A stretch of 64,000 nucleotides of DNA, taken from the NCBI GenBank assembly GCA_012295275.1, contig CM022679.1:558001-622000 (forward strand), written 5' to 3'. This stretch comes from Chrysomallon squamiferum. Lineage: Eukaryota; Animalia; Mollusca. Numbering within the stretch: the stretch's first letter is position 1; each line of letters opens with the position of its first letter. A program made the translations under genes and the position numbers. The notes under the pieces were generated by a model. That model did not search any database. It was not told where the DNA came from and saw only the letters and a program-made list of their open reading frames with translations. Positions 49,491 to 61,700 of the stretch are shown here, one piece after another.

Positions 49491-51365
49491 TTTGTATGTG
49501 TCTGTGTGTGTGTATGTATGTGTGTGTGTGTATGTGTGTGTGTGTGTGTGTGCTTGTGTGTGTTTAAAAAGAGACAATTATTCATATACTATATTTGTTC
49601 ACATCTTTAAGTTGGTTTACTTAAACATTACAGTAAACCTTTTGTAGTCAAACCCTCCCCTTAATAATCTTGGATCTGACCCTTCCAATGTCATTTTGAC
49701 CTGCAACTGAGCAACACATTAATTATTTTACACAAACCTCGCTCACGGCTCTCACTTTTACTTGTCACATTTAAAACTAATCAGCTTGTTTTATCAGGAA
49801 TTTAACATGAACAGGTAAAACACAGACATTACATTATAAGTTATTAAACATTTTAATAAACATTTAAATTAGTAAGTAATTAATCAAATAAGTAAAATAC
49901 AAATAAATAAATAAATAAATTTAAATATATCACATATTTAATTTATTAATAATAGTAACAAAATAACAAAAATATGACAAAAATAACAAAAACAACAATA
50001 ATAATTGCTATAATAATAATAGTGATCCTATTTGCTACAATAATAATGATGATGATGATAATAATAACAATAAAAATAGCAACAACAGTAATAATAACAA
50101 TAACAATAATAATAATAGCAGCAGCAACAACAACAATAATAATAATAAAAGTATGACAAAATTAAAATATCTTTGAACTATAAATACATGTTTACATCCA
50201 GCTTTTCTGTTACACCTCAGACTTACAAACTCAGACAAACAGTAAACTATTAAATGTAAAAATGAAATATGTTAACAGACCTGCAAGTTAGAAAATGTCT
50301 TACTCCTTCCTCAAGTTTCACTCACCGAATCATGTGTGTTAAAACTAATGCTTATGACCTTTGACCTAGTCACCAGTGACAAAATAACAAAGTTGTTTTG
50401 TCACTACTCCCACACTGCTGTTATCAGCAAGACATCAGATACAGCTTGTATTATACTTTCTCTGTCACAGCTGTGCAAGATATTATATATAATTAACGCT
50501 TGCACTGAAAACAGTATTTTTAAGATATTATACATAATTAATTCCTGTACTGAAAACAGTATTTGAACATAGTAATTTACAGGACTCAGTCTTTGTAAAA
50601 CGTTAACCCTAATTACACATCAATATTATTTTTATCCCTTGCTGACATCACAATTACTCTTTATTAATACATCTTAACCCTTTGCCTGACATCAGTGTTT
50701 AATTCTCAATGTGATGACATTAACCCCTCACTTTGCTAATCAATTCTTGACATCAGTAAACTTTTATGATTAATATGTAATATTATTAACACTAGCTTTG
50801 ACATCAGTGTTTAATTCTTTCTCTGTGACATCCAATTAACCACTGATTTTTAAACTGCTGTCAGTTTTAAAACTTGCCATGACACCAGTTAAACTGTTGT
50901 TTTATTGGTGTGTGGTATGGTTAACCCTTGCTCAGAGTTAACAAAGTACACAGTTTGCATAGCACTGAATTAACTCTTGCTCTGATGGTTTATCTTATCC
51001 TGTAATAAATCTGAAATATCCTTCAACCAGTAGTGAGACTGTCCTTGTTTCCAAAACACAGGATTATGTTAAATTTAAATATATAACAATATATTAAATA
51101 TATTAACAACATGTTGTGTATTCTCAGTGAGATCTTTTTAATCATTTGTACATTCAGTCTAAGAATTCTGCTGTTTTTATCTTTAATAACCTTCAGCACA
51201 GCTGGATTAGGTGCAGAATATATAATTATGGTTTTCTATACCATCAGATACACATTATGAAGAACTATACTGAAGACAGATATGTTAATTTATCAACACC
51301 TGTTACTTTAATTACACTACAAACTGTATAATGAAGATAGTTATACAGTTTAATGCAGGTAAAAA

Positions 51366-51452
<87 letters not shown>

Positions 51453-52274
51453 GTGTGTGTGTGTGTGTGTGTGTATAAGAACACATTCAAACTTAATGAC
51501 AAGTTTTAATACTGAATTATGTGGCCAATTTCAAAACTCTGAAGGCAGAATCACTATTGTTTGAAAAAACATCAACTGAGATGATACAAACACTCATTGT
51601 GTTTAACAATTCTCTACAACAGTGTAACTACGTTTAATTCATTTTTCATTTTCTGTTATTTGATTAAACTTAATAACACCACTTGAATACACAGACTGAT
51701 GTAACAGTAAACCATATTGACAAGCTGTTATATATGTTGATATATTACGTGTTGTATAATGTAAGGAAATGGTAATATAAAAAAGTGATGAACAGATACA
51801 AGTTAGAAAATATTTCAGAGAATAATATACTTGGGTGAGCTGATCCTGACATCAATAAACACCCCCCAGGCCAAAAAAAAAAAAAAAAAAAATGTTTTAC
51901 TGATATAATTTATAAAAACTTAAAGATAAATATTTTGTAACGATCGTAAATAAATCTGTAACAAAAATAAAATTATTTTCTACGCCAATATTCCCCCACC
52001 GAAAATACTGTGCAGACTGTATGATATTCTTACAACCCACCCCACCCTGCCTCACCCCACCCCGATGCTGCTCATTTGCCATCCCCAGATTATTTGGAAC
52101 AGGACACAATTATTGAATTAACAAAAACCAAACTCACGGTAGTTAAACAAATTTCGTTTTACAAACACCGTGAAAGAATCAGTAAAATGTAAATACAGCA
52201 TTTAACAGGTTAATGTAAAACACTGGCGTGATCGATACAGTTAAAACTAATAAAATAAGATCAGTACACATTAC

Positions 52275-52320
52275 CTGCCAAGAAAAATAACGTTTAATCT
52301 TCCTGTCGTACAAGGGTGTA
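52275..52320 (-). other. Probable non-coding first exon (5'UTR) of the V-ATPase subunit a gene
   Basis: Minus-strand donor cag|gtaatg at 52275/52274, directly beside E-box motifs and where CpGs reappear. The 5' end is a guess. Confidence 0.5.
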
Positions 52321-52323
52321 CTT

Positions 52324-52346
52324 GTCATGTGATTATTGTCACGTGA
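52324..52346. promoter_or_regulatory. Tandem CLEAR/M-box-like E-boxes (GTCATGTGA and GTCACGTGA), candidate MiT/TFE (TFEB) binding sites
   Basis: Two motifs 14 bp apart at the inferred 5' end of a V-ATPase gene. V-ATPase genes are established MITF/TFEB targets. Confidence 0.6.
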
Positions 52347-52429
52347 TTAGATTTTAAAAAGCGATATATCCCTACCACATTCGTAACATTTCGGCCACAT
52401 TCGGAAAACGTCATTCGTTATCGTTTTCA

Positions 52430-52483
<54 letters not shown>

Positions 52484-53245
52484 TATTATTTTTACAAAAC
52501 ACTTTGGAATTATTTAAGAGGAATGTATTCTGGAGCATTACTGTGTGCATTACAAAATAATCAAATTAGTTTTGATTATTAAATATTTCAAACACTACCC
52601 AAATTGTCAGAAATGCAGTAGGCAAATCAGTTTTGATTTCAAACTAATAACAAACTTGGAACAATTTTAGATTACTGACCCAGCATATTAAAAGAAATAA
52701 CAGACATACGAATAATTCATTTTATTATTTTGATTATGTTCTTCAAAGAATATTTAGCAGAGCTCATATGTACGTTTGAAAGCTGTATAAAGAAGAAGAA
52801 AAAAAAAAAAAACAACAAACATATAGTTTGTTTGGGTTTTTTTTGTTGGTTTTTTTCCTCATGTTCTTGGGGGGGGGGTCATAGTGTTTGAAACAAAAGC
52901 GTTTGCGCGCTTAGTTTCACTCAGAATATAAATATTGTTAAAACTGTTTATGAAAAAACATATTCTAAATATAACATAAATGTTGAAAATTATAAATAAG
53001 AAAATCTTCAGATATTACTAAATAAACTTCTATACAAGACGTGTTTATTTTATTTTTATTTTTTTATTTATTAAATATTATATTATTTGCAGTGTACAGG
53101 TTTCACTTGTAACACATTCCACAATTTATATAAACCAAAGAGGAAAGCGACTGATCCGGGACTTTTCAATATGGACGTCAGAACAAAGTAGACACTGAAC
53201 AGACTTTATTTTATAACTTTAATTTTGTCTCACATCTATCTAATC

Positions 53246-53570
53246 ATGATGAAAAATACTCCGGAAACGAAACTCAAAACATGGAAAGAGAAACGAAACC
53301 GCATGGTTAAAAGTCATATTAGTTTGGAAGCCGTTTATTCGTATGTCAAAAATTACGAATATCCACCTGGCACAAGCGAATTGGATAAAAGGTCGATTCG
53401 CAAAAGGGCAAAATCGTTTAGTTTTATAGGCAAACAGTTTGTCTATATCCCTGAAAAATCACAGAAATTACTTGACGATGGTGCTGAAGTCAACATTGAA
53501 CCACGCCGAGTTTTGCTTAAGGAAGAGAAAAGGCGCCAGGCAGTGTGGAAAGCGCATGTCGACGAACAAG
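53246..53570 (+). CDS. Integrase-ZNF exon 1 (YPYY-like module 1)
   Basis: MMKNTP...[41 protein letters not shown]...[23 protein letters not shown]; start ATG uncertain. Confidence 0.8.
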
Positions 53571-56500
53571 GTGCTCTCCTTTTATGTAACCTCTCTGATA
53601 AAACCAAACCGGTTCAGACAGAATCTGTACCCATTTCTACGACAAGAGATTTTAAAATCTTTTTGCATTTACAATTATACAGTAACATCATGGATGATAA
53701 TTACTTTTTAATAATTTTTTGCTTATTATTATTATTTTTATTTTACAAATGTAAATTTAATCACACAATACCATATTATTTATTTATTTGTTATTATTAT
53801 TATTTCTTTGATATTTGAAATTAAAAAATAAAATATATATGAAAGTTATTTTATAAAATCCATACCAACACTTTTTCATAAAAATCTGACATTTAAATTT
53901 GTGACAGAACTTAGAACCAATTCTAATAAAACTATGTTTAAAATTGTATTTTTTAGAATTGTTTGTTTTTGTGGGGTTTTATTTTACTATTATTTTTTAA
54001 AAACTTTTTTCTCTCTTTTAATAATTTATTTATTATTTATTTGGTAAATATAATTACATTTTAAATAAACAATAAAAAGAAAAAGCTGCAAACATTCTAA
54101 AAAGAGTAGAACTTGGAACTTTTTTCTTCTTTCTTTTTTTCTTTTTTCTTTTAAGCAATAAATAATCCATAGGTCTGCATTAATGGATTTAAAATAAATT
54201 ATTAAAAAAATATATATATATATATTTTTTGTATACTTTATAATTATTATAAACAGCAGATTCTATTTGAAATTCTTTACTAGCTAAGTTGATATCACAC
54301 TGGGGTTTCAAGCCAAGGATCCTGGTTCAAATCCACTGAATAACTAAACAGACTGTTATGATGAAATTAATGTGTGTGTTTCAGGAAACCACCTGGGGAT
54401 GGAAAAGACCACTGCAGCAGTGACTAAGATGTACTACTGGATGGGCATCTCGAATCTGGTGCGAGAGATAATTCGAGACTGCGCAGTGTGCAGAGTTGCC
54501 AAGGCAGCGTGTGGTACAACTGGCACAATGCCAATTCTCACATCAGAAATAAAAACTGAAACCAATGAAGATGAGGAGTTGGAATCTTTCGTTCCTTTTC
54601 ACAGCATGAGAATAGAAGTAGCCACATCATTCTGGCAGAAAGTAAATCACCTTCCTTTTATTGCATGTCCTTCATTCCATCATGAGCATTAATACTGTAA
54701 ATACTGTAAACATTCATTTAAGTTAATGAAGGACTTTATGTTTATAAAAATGAACAAAAACAATCTCTCTTCTTAAATCTGTATTATACAAAAATCTAAT
54801 ACTTAATTCCTAATAATTTTTGCATCAAAATGAGTTAAGATATTGCAACATAGAAATTCAGTATAAAAAAAAAAAAAATAATAATAATACTAAAAAGTTT
54901 ATAAAATAAAATAAAATAAAATTCTTTTAACTAACAGCATAACTTTGAGTACTGATGGAGGTTTTATTATTTTATTTTTTAAAACTTATAACTTGTAGGT
55001 TCAAATCCTGTTAATGGTTGTTAGATCGAACTACATTTATTTACTAAAACTGCAAAATCACTTTATTTCTTTCTTTAACTAATCTTCTAACTTCCTAACA
55101 AGGACAGACAACCCAGAGTCTTGTATTGTTCACCTGAGAAAGGTGTGATTAACAAAGCTGTGTTAATTTTCCAGGTAGATATTCAGATTCTTGGTCCGTT
55201 TGCTCAAGGAAAGTCAACAATGTATGTCGTCATGTGTCTGGATCGCTACTCACTGTGGACAGAGGGCGCTGTCATCCCAACTCTGTCCTCCGCAGCTGTC
55301 ACTCACGTTGTCCTGAATCTTGTCTGTCGGTGTGTAGACATTTTATTTTATTATTAATAGTACAAATATCTGTCTGCATTGTGTGTGTGTTAATTTAAAG
55401 AAATGTGTTTTGCTTTATTTGTATTTTATTTTATTTTATTTTTTAATTTATTTAATTTAATTTATTTTTTTTTTTAATTTGGTTTGGTTTGTTTGGTTTG
55501 GTTTGGTTAAGTTTAAGTTTAAGTTTATTTTATTTTATTTTATTTCACTTTACTTTTCTTTATAATTTTTATGTATTTATTTTTGTTAAAAGTAAATTTG
55601 CTGATTATGTGATTTAGAAATAATTATAATTTTTACTTCTAATTTAATTCTTTTTCTGACATTTCAGATTTGGATGTATGCAGAATTTGTTTCTGCGTGA
55701 AAACGACAGAGCAAACAGGAAAACAGTTGAAATAAGGGAAGATTTGTTTCAGAAAGCTGGTTTAGACATAAAACTTGTAGCTGACAATGCCTCAGAAACA
55801 GGTAGTCATCAAACTGTATTTCTATGCCTCGCCTGTTTTATTTTATTAGTATTTTTGTATTATAACAAAACAAATTTTTAATAAGAATAGCCAATCATGT
55901 TAAAATTTCATGTGTTTTAAGAAAAAATTGAGTTCAGTGATAAACAAACAGAAATTGTTAACTAAAATGAATAAAAGATGTCAGAGGCTTAAATAAGTTA
56001 CTAACGATTATCAATGTTGCACGAAAATTTGTAAATTTTGGATGAAGATAAACAAATGTGATTAGAGAATGGTTGAACTGACTGTTTTCTATTACAGCTC
56101 CAATGTGGAAGGTGATAGAGGAACAAGTGAAAGCATTCACAGAACAACATCCCAAGTGCTGGAGTCAATGTCTGGATCTGTGTCTGCTTCCATTACGGAT
56201 ATCCAGACCAGACGCGGCTGAGTACACACCAGACTTCCTGGTGTACAACAGGTTAGTTTCATTTAGCTGTAAATCTGACACCAGACTTCCTGGTGTACAA
56301 CAGGTTAATTTCATTTAGCTGTAAATCTGACACCAGACTTCCTGGTGTACAACAGGTTAGTTTCATTTAGCTGTAAATCTGACACCAGACTTCCTGGTGT
56401 ACAACAGGTTAGTTTCATTTAGCTGTGAATCTGACACCAGACTTCCTGGTGTACAACAGGTTAGTTTCATTTAGCTGTGAATCTGACACCAGACTTCCTG

Positions 56501-58734
56501 GTGTACAACAGGTTAGTTTCATTTAGCTGTAAATCTGACACCAGACTTCCTGGTGTACAACAGGTTAGTTTCATTTAGCTGTGAATCTGACACCAGACTT
56601 CCTGGTGTACAACAGGTTAGTTTCATTTAGCTGTAAATCTGACACCAGACTTCCTGGTGTACAACAGGTTAGTTTCATTTAGCTGTAAATCTGACACGGT
56701 TGAATGAACACCAGACTTAAACACTCACAAAATGACAAGTTAATACACACCGTAAATAACTAAATATCCATCAAAGGTAGATGAATATATATCAAGAATA
56801 ATAGAATACCCATATATATAGTAGAATATACACCAAGAATGGTTCAATACAGATCAGGAATAGCTGAATACACAACAGTGATAGTTGAATACACACCAGG
56901 AGTAGTTGAATAAACACACCAGGAATAGTGAAATGAACACAGTAACTGCTCATACAGGAAAAACGTGACTAATTTTGTTTTTAATAATTTTCAGGGAGAT
57001 TCCTCTGCCACAGAATCTGTCTCATCGACCAGAAAATTTTGACGTTGAGCTGCACCTGAGTGCCAGTCAGATGACAACAACGACAGAAATTCTCATGAAC
57101 ATTTACAACGGTTTCTGCCAGGCCTTTCCTTACTCTATCCCAAAGTTAACACTCACGCGGAAACTTTCCAGTACTCCCGAAGTGCAATCAAAAACAAACG
57201 TTGCAGTCGTTCCTCTAACTACAGCTACATGCACAGTCACAACAACAACATCACAGACATCAGCATCATCATCATCAAAGAGTGCTGTTACAGAAGCAAC
57301 AACAGCTTCTATTACATCACCTACATCTTCAGTAAGTGAAAAATCTGGGGCGAGTTCTAAAAGTGAGGAACAGATTTCTCCAAGAAAAGTAGTCACACGG
57401 TATGGGCGAGTTTCCATCCCCACCCCAGGGATGATTCTACTGATGTCGGGAGGACAGGGAGCCAGTGGGAAGGAGACACCCAGAAAAGTGTCTACGCGAC
57501 GTACTGATATTGATGATGAGGTTGATGAAGAAAAAGAAGAAGAATACACCCCCCCTGTGAAGAGGTCAAGGCCAGGTCGACCTAGGAAAGAAAAAAAGAT
57601 GAATGAGAAAACATCAGAGAGTCGGTCAAGTACCAAACAAGAACCAGACACAACACAAGAAAACTACTCGTTAGATAAGGTTGGTTTAATTTCTAAAATA
57701 ATTATATATTTTAGATTAAAGAATTGTTTTACTAGAATCATAAGCTCTTGTTACTTTATAATTAAATAAAAATACTAAACACTATCTGTTTACTTCCATC
57801 TGCTAGGTTAATTTTTTTTTTTTTTTTTTTTTTTTTCTAATCCACAACCTTTACTACTAATAAAGAATATTAGTAATAATTGATGAAGGAGAATGGAGAC
57901 TCCTGTTTCTTTTTAATCTTTTATGTACTCAAAACGTAATAAAGTGTCAGATGTAAATAATGGTAATCATTCGTATGATGATGATGATGATGATGATGTT
58001 TACTCACAGATGGAGGATCTAGACACATACTATGCTGCTCTCAAGCAGTACATAAAGCTGGGTACGCACGTACCAGGCTGGCAGCACAGTCCACCAGAAA
58101 CGTGTCATACGCAAAGTTTCCAAGAACTACATTGTGGAAGATGACGTCATGTACTACATACAGGAGTCTAAGGGAAAGTCTACCAAAAAAATGGTTGTCA
58201 TGACGTTGCTGGAGAGAATAGATCTACTGAAGGCAGCTCACGTGTTGGAGGATGGTAAGTGTTTAACAACCTCTCTAACAGTTAACTGAGACAGTAAAAT
58301 TTCTTGCATGTTTTAATTTTAAAATAATAATAATAATATTAAGTAATAATGACATATATTACAATAAAATTAATAATGAATGAATGAATGAATAAATAAA
58401 TAAATAAATAAATAACAATAACTATAATAATAACAATAAAAGAAACAGAAAGAATGGAAATGACAGAATTATAGTAATAGTAATAATGACTGTAATAATG
58501 ATTGTGAAATAATAATACAGAAGAGAAAGAGAATTAATATTTTGTAACATTATTCTAGTACTTTCAGCGAAACTGAAATGACAAAACCTGTTTATTTTGT
58601 TTCTTTTTTGGATATCAAATATTTCAAAAACATTTATCTTATGTATTTTTTTGAATTTATATTATGATTATAATTTTTGTTATTATTATATTATAATTAT
58701 GATTATTATTTTTGTTATTCTTATTCATGTTGTT

Positions 58735-58766
<32 letters not shown>

Positions 58767-61700
58767 TATATTTATTTGTTATTATCTATCTATTTGGTAT
58801 TATTAGTAGTATAATTAACAGTAGTAGTAACAGTGGTAGTATTTTACATTATAAAATGAAATGTTTGTTCAGGCAGTCATGTGTGTAAGCAGAAGATTGT
58901 GCAGCGTCTGGAGGAACAGAACAAGTACTGGAAGGGCCTGACACTGGATGCCTATGCATTCACTCGAGCATGTCAGACATGTGACCATGGACGTGAACGA
59001 CTTCGAGACTTCAGCTACTTGAAAGATGACGAAGAAGAAGAAGAGGAAGATGAAGACATTTCTGATGTGATTTGATTTTACTTGTATCTTTATACATTTA
59101 CTTTATACAGCCAATATCTTTATACATTTACTTTATACAGCCAATATCTTTATACATTTACTTTATACAGCCAATATCTTTATACATTTACTTTATACAG
59201 CCAATATCTTTATACTTTAATTATATGGAGAGAGATAGAGAAATGAAAAGAAAGACAAAGAGACATACAGAAAGAAAGACAAAAGAGAGTAAGGGAGAGA
59301 CAGTGTATATGTTACTCTGGCAATAATTACAGAAGCTGCTAATGCTATTTAAATGCATGAGTAAGTTAAATACAAACATTTTTTACACAACTGAACAAAC
59401 ACAGACAGACACATTCTGATACAGATACGTTTTTTTATGTGCATTATTTCACACACAACACATATTTATGTAGGAGGAGACACAAGAGGAGAGTTACGAT
59501 GACCTGGTGAACTACATGAAGTTCCACCGCTACCCAAAAGACAGCACACCGAATCAGAAGAGCACGATCCGAAAACGAAGCAAAAACTTTGCCTATGTCA
59601 ACGACGAGCTGCACTACGTGTTGAGTAAGTCAGCAGACACGCCACCCCGCAAAGTCCTCTTCACAGAGGCCGAGAGACTGGCAGCCATCAAACAGGCTCA
59701 CTCAGGTAAGACGTTTTTCACATTCTAACCAGTGCTGCAGAATAACTGTGTCAGACATTAATGTAAAGCACTACTTGTGTTACAGACAGTAAGTAGCCTG
59801 GTCACAGTTGTTGATAAAAGCTGGTAGTATGTGAGAGTAACTGATAAATGGTTCAAGTATGTTTGTTATGGACAAAACTTGTAAATTAAGAAACTGAGAG
59901 GTTAAATTTTAACTGTTGCAGCCAATCACTGGGGGATAAACAAGACAATGGTGAATGTCCGAGAGAAGGCGTACTGGTCAGGGATGACCGCTGACTGTCA
60001 CAGCTATCTGAAGAAATGTAAGCAGTGCTGTAGACGACTGATGACGTCGTCACTGCAGGATGTGATAAAGAAGAAGAAATCTCAGATTGAAGAGCGGGTG
60101 AAGAAGTTTCAGGAGTTGTTTGTAGCCAAGGTTGGTCAAATCTCGTTTTTAAACAGCAAAGTTGTCTAAAAAGTAGTGAATAAGTAAAATATATAAAATA
60201 AAATAAAATAAAATAAAATAAAATAAAATAAAATAAAATAAAATAAAATAAAATAAAATAAAATAAAATAAAATAAAATACAAATAAAATGAAAAGTAAC
60301 AAAAATGTAAAAAATAAAAAAAAATAAAAAAATAAAAAATAAAAATAAAAATAACTGGTGTTAGACAAATACAGCTGTTAATTTAACAAATAGAAAATAA
60401 AATAACATAACTGGTAAAAACAAATACAAAATAAAGACAAATACAGCTGTTATTATTGTTATTTAACATAACAGGTGTTAGACAAATACAGCTGTTATTG
60501 TTATTTAACATAACTGGTGTTAGACAAATACAGCTGTTATTGTTATTATTTAACATAACAGGTGTTAAACAAATACAGCTGATATTATTGTTATTTAACA
60601 TAACTGGTGTTAGACAAACACAGCTGTTATTGTTGTTATTTAACATAACTGGTGTTAAACAAATACAACTGTTATTGTTGTTATTTAACATATGAACATT
60701 GTTGATTTTTCCTGTTATTGTTATTTAAACATAACTGGTGTTAAACAAATACTGATATTGTTATTTAACATAACTGGTGTTAAAAACAAACACAGCTGTT
60801 ATTGTTGTAACTTTGTTAAACAAAAACTGATATTGTTTGTGAATACTATAAACAGGCTGCTTATTAAAACAACTTACCTCAGTCTTTGACAAACTTGTTT
60901 TGTGGCACAGAACTGAACAGCCAACTTGATAGATTTAGCAGAATTGTCAAACAGTGTTATTTGTGTTTTTAGAAAATCTTGTTTTAAAGTTGTGAGTTAA
61001 TAATAATTTTTTATTTGTTGCTACATTTTGCATTTTCTTTCTCTGAATAGGATTGCTTATTTCTTCACAAAAGTTGTTTGTTCTCTATCTTTTTAATATA
61101 TGTGTTTTAAAATTATGTATAAAAATGTTCACAGATACTAGAAATGGACAAAATCAAAGAGAAAGAGTTGACCAACATCTCAGAAACACTAGTAAAAATA
61201 GAGCAGGATGTCCTGGAAGAAACCACACCTCCCCACGCTTCATCTTCAGAAGTGACACCAGGAGACAGGAACATTCAGCAGAGTGCTCCCTCTGGTGAGA
61301 TGACTACTCTTGTTCACGAGCAGACAACTCCAGCCAGCCATGCTGTTTTAAACAATGTAGAACACACCTATTCAGTGATTAGAAAGCCAGGGACTGATGA
61401 GCTGCTGGTGACAAAATCTGTTATTTCCAACCCCGAGTCAGAGCAGACGCAGACAGCAGACGACAGGCAGGTCAGTGAGGTCACTCTGAGTGAGGCCCAG
61501 CCAGACGACGGACAGCTGAAACTGGAAGAGGAGCTGGAAATAACAGTGACATTTGAAGGTGAGAACTTAGTACAGACCACAGACCGATATGAAGGTTGTC
61601 TGTCTGTTCATTTCTTGTCATTCAGTCTGTTTGACTGTTGTGTCTCTCTGTCTGTGGAGTGATGCTTTCCCAGAGTTTATCAGAGTTCATGACCTCTGCA

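Noticed and set aside
50320-50470. Possible second 5'UTR exon of the V-ATPase gene (minus-strand gtgagt donor near 50325)
   Set aside because: Only a donor-like hexamer; no clear acceptor or other support.
54295-54340. tRNA-like B-box (ggttcaaatcc; also ~54998 and a weaker match at ~8765)
   Set aside because: No cloverleaf could be folded; at most decayed SINE fragments, which I cannot support without a repeat library.
57130-57651. 173-aa antisense ORF
   Set aside because: It is the reverse-strand shadow of coding exon 6.
53246-60130. Active LTR retrotransposon or Ginger DNA transposon
   Set aside because: No gag, protease, RT or RNaseH; catalytic residues appear lost; many introns; in-frame fusion to C2H2 fingers; no LTR or TIR recognised upstream (the 3' end is outside the window).
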